A stretch of DNA of 64,000 nucleotides from Lingula anatina (taxonomy: Eukaryota; Animalia; Brachiopoda), in the NCBI GenBank assembly GCA_051362555.1, contig CM120647.1, positions 11,508,651 to 11,572,650 of the forward strand. The letters run 5' to 3'. Both the position numbers and the translations under genes were made by a program. The notes below the pieces were generated by a model. It ran no database searches, was not told the origin of the DNA, and worked only from the letters and a program-made list of their open reading frames with translations. This document shows positions 1 through 12,158 of the stretch, in pieces; the stretch's first letter is position 1, and each line of letters begins with the position of its first letter.

Positions 1-2017
1 TAAAGCCCGTCTTGGAGAGGCCCCCATGTGGAGATATTTGTGAAATGTTATAGGTGGGGCCACAATATGAGTTTATAAATGTATAGAGCCATAATACATG
101 TCAATATGTAATGTATAATAGAAAGACTGTAGATGTGAGTAATGTGTAGAAATTTACAATATCTATCAATTTAAACAATATCATATCTTCCCCAGTGCGC
201 ATCACTGGAAGTTACAGTGTTACATGTAACTTCACCCATTTATTTTTAAACAATGAACCGCGTTAAAGTTGTGGTAGAAATTATACAACAGAATTGTCTG
301 TTTTGTGAAGTTCAAAAATTATGTAATATAATTGTGGTAAAACAAGAATGTAAAGATTACTTTTAGAGGTAAATGAGTTTTAAGATTCTTTGATCTGAAT
401 AAATGAAGTTTACATTACTAACAAGAACTTTCTATATGTGAACAGCATAACAGCTATAATTGAACTGACACGATTCTGTTATAAGGTTTTATTACAATTT
501 CCATCATAAATTACAATATCAAATAAAAAGAAACTTGTGGCCAGACAATGAACACTGATATTTCAGCAGATAAAGTGATGACTTTTTCAATGTACCAAAG
601 CTTTACTGATCAACACCAATCTTCACAAATTATCACGCTTAAACATATTTTTTAATTAAAATATCTTTTTATTGTGCAATGTTGAGAAGTTTGCCTTTCT
701 GGCATTATTCCTCACATAATGATATATCACCCGTCACATCAAGCACCTCAAGATCAAGTTATAAAGATTTCTTACGTACACAGATTCCATACATTCATGT
801 AAAGGAATTGATTGTCCAATTTATGCCATATGCAAGACAGATGGTTTGGGCTTGGCTTGTTTCTTATCTCAGTATTGTGCACCCGCTATTTTAGCACAGT
901 TTCGTACCACGTAACAATACCAAGTAACCCAAGATCAGCATATAATTCCTTCTAAGTGACAAATAGCATCCAGGATGACAACATAGGATATATACATAAT
1001 GTACACAGTTGCTGTGAGTAAAAGCTTGTTTCAGGACGGCACATTGTTTTGTTCGTGCATGCTGGGAGAACAGTGCCTGCTGGGATGTCAGATGAGAAAT
1101 GATAATGAAAGGACACAAAAAGCTCAGGGTAACAATGCGTTACAGGATTTGAGAGAAAGCATGTTCATATTTAACAGAACAATAAGGCACTTGTCAGAAA
1201 GCAAACATGAAGGATATGATTTATGACAGAGAAGGTGAGATGATTTATCTGGGTTTGATATGTTGTGGACCTCTTAATACGAGTTCTTACTAAAAAAAAA
1301 AAGTCGTATAATTCTTAATTTCCCTGAATCTAGCGATGAGATTTAAAAGTGTATGTAATACTACAGTCATTCTTAGCCCCAGAATACATCAACATAGTGT
1401 TTTATATTCTGTCAGAGGTATCAGTAAAAGTTATCACTACTGTAACAGGCATGCCAACTGATAACGCAAGTATAGATCTGCTAAGGTTGACTCTTTAAGA
1501 TCAACTTTATTGTCTGTGCAAAAAACACTGAAACCACAAACCTTCACTCCAACGGTGTTTGGAATAAATTAGTTCACAGCAAAAACAGTCTGATGACCAG
1601 TTATTAAAAGATTTTATTGAACCAATTCCTTTAATTTCATCAGCAGAGATTCGATTTTCACTGGCATTTAGCATAGTGTAAGTGTCAATACTGCACGCAT
1701 ACTAAATTTTGTATCAATATATACTGTGACAACTCTTCAATATATTTTGTATCAATGTTCACATATTTTAAACATTTCAGTTGACATACCTGCTAAAATC
1801 ATTTTCCCTTCAGATTTGACAACGTAAAATAAATGTATTAAGTAAAACACTATTAATCATGCTACAAAATAAAAATTGCACAAATCAAAGATTGGAGATG
1901 AAATTGTCAATGAGTAATATTTCACCTTTTCCTTGCTTTGGACTTCAGGCAATGCTAAAGTTCACCCAAAACCTAAATTTTGTTAGCCCTGGCTTTAGGG
2001 AAAATGCTGAGGTCTTA

Positions 2018-2267
2018 GGCTTCGTTCACATGCAATGTCTATTTTCTAAATTCTATTTTCTATTCGCGCTATCTTATGATCACGGTCTGTGCACTGAATA
2101 TCCCGCCGCGTAATTACTGGCAGCGCGAGCCAGTTACTTATAGTAACTTATAGTAACTGGCTCACGCTGCCAGTAACTACGCCGCGGGATATTCAGTGCA
2201 CAGACCGTGATCATAAGACATACCGAAAATAGAATTTAGAAAATAGACATTGCATGTGAACGAAGCC
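2018..2267. mobile_element. Foldback MITE, PIF/Harbinger (Tourist)-like
   Basis: Near-perfect inverted arms of about 120 bp (GGCTTCGTTCACATGCAATG...CATTGCATGTGAACGAAGCC), flanked on both sides by TTA (3-bp target-site duplication). Confidence 0.85.
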
Positions 2268-2871
2268 TTATACCGTAGAACAGCAATTGCCTTTGAATCA
2301 CTAATAACTGAAACAAAAGTCTTAATAAAAAGCAAATAAAATATGCAATAAATAATCCATTATTTAATTTTAAAAAATTATGCAGTGAGTGCTAGTGACT
2401 TGGACCCAGGTATTCATTAATATCAAACTAAATTCATTGATAGTGCTCATAAATGCACAGTGGCGACCCCTGGTGTGCATAAAAAGTGACCGAGATTTGC
2501 AGGGCAGGAGATAACTGTGACAACTCTTCAATCTAAAGTTATGAAAATGACACCACTTGCATGTCGATGAAGTAGAATAATATTTACTATGGTATCATTC
2601 CTGCTTGAGCAAGTACTGGAAATGTGGGGATTTATAATGATACAATTTATAATGATACTACTTTAAAAATAAAAATGATACACTGAATAAATACTGATTG
2701 AGACCTACAAATACAAAAAGCTACATTTAATAGTTCTTAAATATCATGTTGGTTTTTGTACTTCTCAGCCTTCTTGGGTTTGAATAATATTGAATCGCTT
2801 GAAAAAAAAAATTAAAAAGCTGCCTTAAACACAGCATAAGTGGGGTAGAGCCACACTAAAGCTATAAGAAA

Positions 2872-5800
2872 TCAGCTTGTTTTTTCCTTCTTTTCATCAC
2901 TAGGCTGTGTCTTCACCTCCTCTGCCTCTTTTTTCTCAATTTTTTTTACTCTTCGTTGGGGGATAAAAAAGATGGCTGCCAGTGAAAGAACATGCAGCCA
3001 GAAATAGATGGCGCTGGAGAGAGAAGTCAAAATAAAGAGAGTGAGATTTCCAGTAAAAATATAAATATTTCAGCAGAATTTCAAAATATAAAAATTACAA
3101 AATAATAATAATAATAATTATAAATAAATAAAATAAAAAAATAAAAATAAAAAAAAAACAAAATTGAAATATTAATAATAAAAAATTTCCAAATTTACAC
3201 ATACAAATTCAAATTAGAAATTTTTATCATATTATTTCACACACACACATCTCATTCTCTCTGAACAACCCACAACTTACCCATACGCAAACAGACTGGG
3301 GAAAAATCCATACGTTACAAAAGGCGTCACCATGATCACATTGGCCATGCGTGTGAAGACGAAAGTTACACAGTCATACAAAAATGGAACAGCACCTGTA
3401 CTCTGATCTCCGTCAGGCTTGAAGAATGGACGGATGTTTTTACGAACCTATATAACAGCAAATGATAACAGACCATAACATATTTTATGATAATTCAATT
3501 TTATTACACTGTACTTTGCTAAGCCTGGCTACGACTGAGATTCACTTCTCTAGAAAATTAACATAAAGAAAAAATAAAATGATGTGCAAAACATACCGTT
3601 CTAGCTGCAAATAAAAAGATGGCAGCACTGAAGAAGGCCAGATAGTAACCAGGGTAGAAACCATGCCAGAAAGCACTGACAGCAAAGGTTGCCAGGGTCT
3701 TCTGGAAAGGTATGCGGTCGTAGACGATGCGTCTGAGCCAGATCAAGGTAGTCTTGTTCCAGGTGTCGATGTTGACTTTGATGCTAGTGCATGTCTGGAA
3801 ATAGAAACTGAATTTACTGATTCAGAGAGTTTATCTGTATTGTAAGGGATGCACCTTCTCATTTTAACGATTCCATCCAACTAAGAGATTGCCATCTGAC
3901 TAACTCTCACAAACTGACAAACAAACTGACAATAATAACCACTCCCCATAACAAGTAATATAGGAGGTGTGCTGTACATTTATAATTCTCTTAAATTCAA
4001 CAGTTGCCAAGGGAGATCAGTTGCCAGGCAACATATTAAGTAGTCATGTAATTTCAGTCAGTTGCCAGGCAATACCATATGTCAGAAGATTTCCATCTGA
4101 TAACTTAACGTCTCTTAAGGGTTTAACAAAAAATCACAGCCGCAAAATGTACAAGGACACATCGCTCTCCCTCCCCACATTTACACAGAAGACACATTGG
4201 GAGATAAAATACTGTAACTTCCTTTATTTTTCTGAATCTTCAGATGCTACTTTCATACCTCTAACTTCCATATATCCATGTTATTAAGTCTGTCCCACTT
4301 CTCATTCCCGTCTTTGTCATAGCCAGCAAACCCCAGGCCAGCGGAGGTGTTGACCAGTTCACCTGAAATATACAATGCATACACATATACCTGCATGTTT
4401 ACTATATTTTCCAAGTCCTTTCCATTCTACGTACCATGATAATCTAATCAAATTAAATTAAATCAACCTGAAAGATAAAATATATACACATATTATACAT
4501 ATGTGCATGCACGTTTCACATAATTTTTTATTCTATTAGTGCTTTCTAATCTATGTACCATCAGTCTAATCAAATTAAATTCTTATTTCAAGTTGTCTTA
4601 AACACCTATATGCCACTGAAATACAAGTGAAAAGAATTTTGAAGGTCAACCTTTAAAGACGGTCACTAAATAAATAAATAAATAAATAAAAACTTGTATA
4701 TGCACACATAGACATTCCTCTCACCCAGTTTCCAGGCAAAGTAGTACTTGCTCCTTGTGACTGACAAACTAACCAGGAGATACAGGTTCTTCTGCAGGAA
4801 GGACAAGCTGCCAAACCAAGCTATATCTATATCAAATAAAGGGAAAGTTCTATGTAAGCACTGATAAAATGTTTAATATCAATTCACAAGTTGCAAAAAC
4901 CATGCAATATATGGAAGACAAGCACACACAAGGGGAGTTGTAAGTAACTATTCATAAAATGTTCAATATCAATTATGAGTTGCCAAATTGCGCTGTATCT
5001 GGAAGACAGGCAAATTATAAGAGAAATTTTAGTACATATTGATTTATATGAATTTTTCTAAGATACATAAAGAAAAAGATCAGACATTTTAGGCTAAGCT
5101 GCAGGTTAAATATAAAGTTAACAGTGACAATGCCTTTTAAAATAATTTTCCAAAAACATACAATAAAAAGAAATATACAATAAAAACAAAAGAAATAACA
5201 ACTCAGACTAAGCGGCAAATGTATTTCTTGTGAACCAAACAAATGGCCAATGACAGTCCAGAAATAAAATATGACAGATGGGCACTCAGTGTGAAGGTAC
5301 ATGTAAATATAACACAATTTTATTGGCACCAGTGTTTCAGATAGGAGTTTAATAATAAATGCAACAAACTGTCATATCATCAATTTCTTCATTACTTCTG
5401 GATAACTCACCGTGTATGTTTTCTGATGGCACAAGTGGCAGGACGAACATCATGAGGACAGCGTTGACGACAGTAATGATCAGGTTTGGGAACATGGAGG
5501 GCTGTAGGGAAAACACATACTTTTTACTACAGCATGAAATGACAATGCCAATTCAAAATTCCAAGAGATGCTAATCTCTTGGTAACAATGTGATAAAAAC
5601 TAAATATTTTGATTTGTGGAAGGCTGAAGGGAAAACACACATTTTATACTACAGCATGAAATGACAGTGTTCTTAGGCCGTGTTTAGAATAACAATTATT
5701 GTACTAGCAGGATTGATCTATCTCAGCAGGAATTCTTGCTAAGGCACAGTCAATGTAATCAGCTTAATTGTCTGGCATGCCCCCAGATGCTAATCTTATG

Positions 5801-6522
5801 TTCACAATGTGATAAAAGCTAAATATTCTGATAGATGATCTGATAATAAGCCAGACTTCAGAAAAACTCACCACTGGGTTCGGAATTCTCACTTTGTGGT
5901 TATTCTGAAAGTGAAAGTGTAGGTAAAGATAAATTGATGAATGTGAAAAACATAGCATCTAACAATGACATCAACTTGCACAGAAGATTTGGTTTTTCAG
6001 TTTACCAACAGCTAAAAATCTCAAACTGACATCTCCTTCCTCCCTTTCCCCATCTTTTCTTAACAACAGGGGTGTTCTTTCAAAGTCCCCATTTTTCCCG
6101 CCTACTCTAAAGGAAAATCCCCTTCCCTCCCTCTCTCCCTCCCTGCCTCTCCCTACCTCTGTGACCTGGGGTGCCTGTATATCCTCTCCTTCAATAAATG
6201 CCTTATAGTCCACATAGAAAACCAATGGTCCCACCATTACATTATGGAAACTGAAGATATAGCTGTAGTACTCTAAAGCTGTGGGGATTCGCCTGTGGAA
6301 GATATTGTATTTAGTATTTATTGGAACTTAAAATAAACTTATATGGAATATGGAAAATACTGATAAGGAACAAAAGCACTGCAACTTAATGAAACGTTTT
6401 AAAACTAAGCATTACACAAATCTAACTTGAGAATGAACTGAACTTTATTTGGTTTTTCAGAAATTTTATTTGGTGAAAAGAAGGGAAAAATAATGACAGA
6501 CAGATATACAGGAGACTAGGAT

Positions 6523-6596
<74 letters not shown>

Positions 6597-9264
6597 AAGA
6601 TACTTTATAGCTTGTTTCTTTTGGTCTTCTGAGAGATTCTCCTCCTTTTTCTCCATTCCGTCATGCAATGCAAAGGCCAGACTGCTGACTTTCTGTGTTA
6701 TAATCATGAGAGGGCTGTAATGGCAATAACAGTTAAATAATTTAATAGCACACTTCGTGATCTCCATTTCAACGTAAGATCCAGCATTATAATTAATTTT
6801 TTCACTATTTGCTTTTAGTGTGCTTGTCATTGCTTTTGGTATGACAGCAGAATTGTGTTAGATGTGCCAGGAGACAATCTGTGTACACCTACCCTGTGAT
6901 ATCCATGCTGTAGCCTCCATAGTCATACAACATCCTGTAGATATGGATAACAGATAAATACCCCATTGTGTTAGATGTGTCACAGACACAATCTGTGTAC
7001 ACCTACCCTGTGATATCCATACTGTAGCCTCCATAGTCATATAACATCCTGTAGATATGGATAACAGATAAATACCCCATTGTGTTAGATGTGTCACAGA
7101 CACAATCTGTGTACACCTACCCTGTGATATCCATACTGTAGCCTCCATAGTCATACAGCATCCTGTAAATATGTGTCACAGACAGGTACCCCATGGAGAC
7201 CAACAGGCTGGCCAGGTGGAACTGTTTTCTGTCAGCGTATTTCATGATCAGCAGGCAGAGGGTGGACTGGAGGATTGGGTGGATGATTTGTCTGGAATTG
7301 TTTTCAGTCTGTGAATATGAAGCACTTTTGAGTTATAATTATGTGTGATAGAACCTTCTGTAAAATGGCAGGAACTGTTGTCATGTCTCAAAAAGTTTTT
7401 TTTTCTCTTCACTTTTTGTGCTTCAGATAAGAAACCATGTGCAATTTTTTGCCAAACAGCTAAAAGCAACATTTAATCAATAATTTACATACAATTATTC
7501 ATAGATTCCAAAATCCCTTCATTCTTTCTTACACAATGTTACCATTTTTATCATTTGTTTAACAATATTAAATAATAAAAGGTACTAATACAGTATCTAA
7601 GGGCTGGCTAGAGGTTTAGTCCACTTACTGTCCAAAGCAGAAATAAGTGAGAAACATCCCTAGAAAAATTTCGATTCCATTCCTCAGTGCCGGAGAGGCT
7701 TGGAGAGGACCAAAGACTGTCCTGAATGGATAGCCCAACCCCAGCGCCACCAGCTGGCAGACCAAGAAGTTCAACTGGAAATAGATCAATGTTTGGTTCA
7801 GGAAAGAGAATTATTGCACATGACAATAATCAGGAGCGGATTTAGGCCATCTTCTGGGTCTTCCGGAAGACGGTCAGATTTTCAAGTTTACATTGATGGG
7901 TATCTGATTTTTTCTGCAGGAAGACGGTCAAAAATGGGGGATGGATCAACAAAGATAATTTGGAAGACTGTCAGAAAATATCTCTGAATCCGTCCCTGAT
8001 AATAACATATAAAGATTTTAGATTTTTAATTAAGACTTCCACAAATTTCATACCTACCTCCCCTCCCCTCCCCAAAGGAATAAAGGTTTTAGCACGCCTC
8101 TATAAAAGCAGAGCTTCAAAAACTGGAAATTCACCAATTGGCACAAGGTGAAAAATAAAAATCCATTCTTGCACTGTAGTTTTATTGTTCCCAGTAACAC
8201 GATACAGTTCTTCATTCTTTTTGCCCCATAATTCATGAAAATTCCATAAAAAAACAACAACAATGCCTATAATGTATTAGCTAGAAGGCCATTAAAATAA
8301 ACAATTTAACAGCCCGACAGCTGCATTTCAGTTTAGGGAAGGTTCTCTACTGCAGCTGTGGATTTCTGTCACCGGCTTAAAAAATACAAATACCAGAACA
8401 TGTCTGAATGTAGTCTACCATGTACCATTCCATACCAGTAACACAGTACACAGGTTTAAGTTAATGTGGGGTGGGTGGGTGGGGGGGCTGCGGGGGGGGG
8501 GGGGGGGGGAGGGTGCGCACCGAGATGTCTCACTTTATAAATTGCTGAAATTTGCTACTGCTCTTAATTTAGACCCCCCCCCCCCAAAAAAGTCTCAGTC
8601 AAGATAGCTTATAAGATTTCTGTATGAAAAAGACTGATTACAACAATAGCCTCCTATCTTACACCCCATTCTCATAGATTAGATCGACCTACATTGGATC
8701 GACCTAACTCCCTGGGGGTTCACGCTAAATAGCTGTCAGCCGGGCGGACACGAAAGTTAATTACCCCTTAAAGCTTGTAGTAGGCGGGGACGGACACTTA
8801 AGGGGGATTATCTGACAGTAATCTAGTGAGACTCCCCGCGGTGATAGATCGATCTAAAAGTTGTGAGAACAGAGCCTTATTCTCGTTCCCCAAGCACGCA
8901 CATGTCGACTCTGTCGAGTGTTGGGCGAACTGAAATACTGAACAGTACGTATGTAAACTAAAATACAGACCTACATCACAACCGGTGACTGGACCATTTC
9001 AATTCCAAAATCTACACTCTCTGAAAAGCTAGCATATTGACAGAATCTTCATTAACCAATTATTTTCCTTTTTTTATCCAAAAAAATTGATCACATTGGG
9101 TCAGCTTTGTCTGAGATTTTCAAATTGAAACTATCAGATTTTGTCAAATACTGTCCGTATTCCAGCTTAAATGCATTTCCTGTAAAACTCACCTGGTCTA
9201 TGGAAAGCCCTACATATGGGCAAAGAGGACTCAAAAGCCGAGAGCCGGAATAAAATCCCGTCAT
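2872..9264 (-). CDS. MBOAT1/2: Membrane-bound O-acyltransferase, lysophospholipid acyltransferase of the MBOAT1/MBOAT2 (oysgedart) type; 12 exons, 490 aa
   Basis: Spliced exons (minus): 9264-9193, 7774-7629, 7291-7121, 6714-6604, 6292-6157, 5904-5872, 5501-5411, 4826-4725, 4362-4259, 3794-3597, 3447-3281, 3013-2872. All are GT-AG and phase-consistent, 1473 nt total. Motifs: YSGSRLL...DQLNFLVCQL, DITGPLMIITQKVSSLAFALHDG, KYYFAWKL, TWNKTT, SAFWHGFYPGYY (catalytic His). C-terminus KKEKTS* resembles a KxKxx ER-retrieval signal. Confidence 0.93.
6524..6594. repeat. Compound (TG)n(AG)n microsatellite next to the MBOAT exon 4 donor
   Basis: Directly visible. Confidence 0.95.
6853..7195 (-). repeat. 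114-bp tandem repeat (about 3 units) containing the 3' end of MBOAT exon 3 plus its donor site
   Basis: Donor junction AGG|GTAGGT recurs at 7121, 7007 and 6893, an exact 114-nt spacing. Confidence 0.92.
7831..7998. mobile_element. Small TIR element (CAGGRGCGGAT...ATCCGYCCCTG type)
   Basis: Termini CAGGAGCGGATTTAG and CTGAATCCGTCCCTG. The same terminal style occurs at 25600, 29000 and 34301. Confidence 0.6.
8662..8876. mobile_element. Interspersed MITE; a partial second copy lies at about 34825-34949
   Basis: Shares AAAGTTAATTACCCC...CTTGTAGTAGGC...GGATTATCTGACAGTAATCTAGTGAGACTCCC...GATCGATCTAAAA...AGCC|TTA with the 34825-34949 copy. Ends are imperfectly inverted. Confidence 0.75.
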
Positions 9265-11975
9265 TTTGGTTGCCAACCCTCTGACAGCCTTGTTGCAGAC
9301 GGTGTGTCGAGAAAATTACAATGACCTTGACCTTTACAAGAACCTTTGGATCTTTTGAAATTAATTTATATTTTAAAGGATTACATTCACATATGATAAT
9401 TATTTTTAATAAAAATTCAGCTAATTTTTCTAATGCTATCATGATTGCAAGTTACATAATAAACAGATTAATCACTTTTCTTTTGCTGCAGTACACTGCG
9501 CGTCTCCTCCTATAAGCCTCGTATTCGACTCACATTAAAAGCGAGGCTTTCAACTATTTCGTTTTTGTTCTTCAGAGAGGATTTTCTATTTATTTTTCCT
9601 TTCTTTCTTTTTTTTTTCAGGTTTACCCTCAGTTTTTCCAGTCATTGGTTGTTTTTTTCCAAAGTAAACAATATCAATTATTCAAGCAAAAGCAATATCT
9701 TATTTTAGATAATGATGTGGAGAGAGAGAGAGACTTAAATTTTAAAAGATCAGAATCATAATTAAAATATTGACAGATAATAATAAACAGACAATCATTT
9801 CAATGAATTGATTTTATTATCAATAATTTCCCAAAACCTTGCACCACTCTAAAACCAAAGTGCCACTCCAATGCTGTAAATCAGACATGCATGAACACAA
9901 AACACTTATTACAGAAATATCTGCCAGCTACCTCAACACTGGTGTCTAATCTGATAATTATAATCAATAATCAAGCAAATTCAATTCTGTCACACCTAGC
10001 ACAATATTGCAATGACATCCTCTCAACAGGTTGTCACAACTAACACATTACTGTTCATGCCTGCAGGACAGAAACTTATAATTCAGGTTAGCAAGTTGAA
10101 AATATCAACTGAAGATGCATTCTTGCAGTAAGTACAGAATTAAAGATTGGAAGTCACATGTGCCATATATCGATTACTAAAGACCTCCATATTTTGTCAA
10201 AGAAAATGTTTAAAAAGGTCAATTAACCCGCCAGGGGTTATATATACACAGTGCATAATGACTACTGAAGTGCTACAGCATGTGAGGTCAGTCTAATACT
10301 CCTTCCTTACTTTAAATATAACATACTTATCTATGACAAAAACATAATAAATTCTACGTTCCCTTTGCAAAATGCTATAAATACTTTATAAGGAAGGTAT
10401 CAACTTTAGACTATGAAGGACAGAAACAATTAACACATTTCCTTTGGTCTTTAACAATGATAAAACTGACATGCATAAAGGCTTAACCAGAGATTCAATT
10501 ATAACCACAAGTAGCGTATATCAATTGAGCAGGATTTTTTTTTTAATTTTAATATCATGCAGGAGATTCTTATAAAAAGACACACTTTAAATTAATGCTG
10601 AAAGAAATGGTTGCATAACAGGCTGCACAAAAGAATTCTGGGTAATATTTTTTTTTTACAAAGACAATATATATCCCTACTGTCCATGAAGACCCATGCT
10701 AGCATACCAGCAAGTATATTATAACTGGGCAAAACTACCCATGACCACGGGCTTGCTCTGACATGGCAGCACAATAATGTACTGAGAGGGTAGACATCCA
10801 TATTTTTCGCCCTTTTGGTAATTAACTGACACCTTCCTGAGACCAATGGTCATGCAGTTGGGTTGCTCAGTGTCTGTCACATGTACTGGTAATTCACCAC
10901 ATAAGTACCTAGTCACTATAGCAGTGGGTGGGGCTGAGGGTAATTTTTTGGAGGGGGTTAATGCTGATAATAAATAAGAATACATGTCAACACAAAAGGG
11001 GGTGTGGAAGGGGGCAGCGGTGGGGGTCACAACAGGCGGGGAAAGAGGGGTTAATAACATAATCTAGTAAGAATGTTGAGCATCCCTTTACTGCCAGCAA
11101 AATGTCCAACTAAAATGTAGACCAGTAAAGGCATAAAAAGAACAATGTCTTGCAAAATTGAAGCAAAGTTTAACATAAAAAATAAATTAATAAAACACCA
11201 TGAAAAAGAAAAAAGCATAGAGTGGAATGTTAATTACCAGCTGTTATCATAGAAAAGAAATACCTTAAGTACATGTAAAAAAATATATAGTCAACAAAGC
11301 AAGACAGGGAAAAATCTTGTGGCACACATTGCTGTTTCCTAATTCACATACCAGTTTTCTCTGCAATGATATCACTACTGCTACCACTATAATTAAATTG
11401 TTATATTAACTTTCTGCAAGGTCATATTTCATAAGTCATTTCATTAATTAATATTCACATTCAACAAAAAATGACAGATATGACGCCTCAGTGAAAGAGC
11501 TGCAGCACCTAACAAAATCATGCGGTCTCTCCTGTATCTACACTAAATATATGATGTTCACATTTTAATATTATGTCTCTTGCGTTGTCATGGGCACATC
11601 AAATAAAAACAACAAAATCTTAAAAAAAAATTATGATCCATGAATATTCAATGTGTCTGATGTACATACTAGTACACACAGCAAGTACAGGCACCAAGTG
11701 TCTGTGCCTCATTATATGCAACAAAGTGACTTTTCAAACACATTTTCAAATCGATGTGCTGAAGACTTTAAATTCCAGCAAAATATCATGATGTGATATG
11801 ACAGTAGAGACTACTGCCTGATACACATCATAACACCAAAGTAGGCATGACAACAATGACTGCATGCCTATGGTAAAAGGGAAACAAAATTAATATGCTC
11901 AACACATACTGTATTTTGTGTATAAAAATAAACATCTGATGCTTTAACAGCCAAGTTTTTAAGCACGAAGCTTTG

Positions 11976-12158
11976 CAGGCCTGTAGCTAATCATTTTACA
12001 GGGGGAGGGGGCTTTTTGCTTTTTGTGAAAAAGTGGACCTTTTACCATGAAACCATGTACCTCGAGATCAAATTTTCGCCCAGAGCTGATCTTATCCTAA
12101 CAAAAAAATTAACTGGTAGATCGTTTGAACCCAATGAAGCCCCCTGGTATAGGGCCTG
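11976..12158. mobile_element. TIR element of the CAGGCCYGTAGC...TAYRGGCCTG type; related fragments at about 51722-51840 and, inverted, at about 41540-41590 and 50900-51010
   Basis: Termini CAGGCCTGTAG / TATAGGGCCTG, with the shared internal motif GAAAA(A/T)GTGGACCTTTT...CATGAAACC. Confidence 0.6.

Noticed and set aside
6858-7154. 98-aa repetitive ORF MTMEATVWISQGRC...
   Set aside because: It is an off-frame reading of the 114-bp repeat. The conserved frame is the MBOAT frame.
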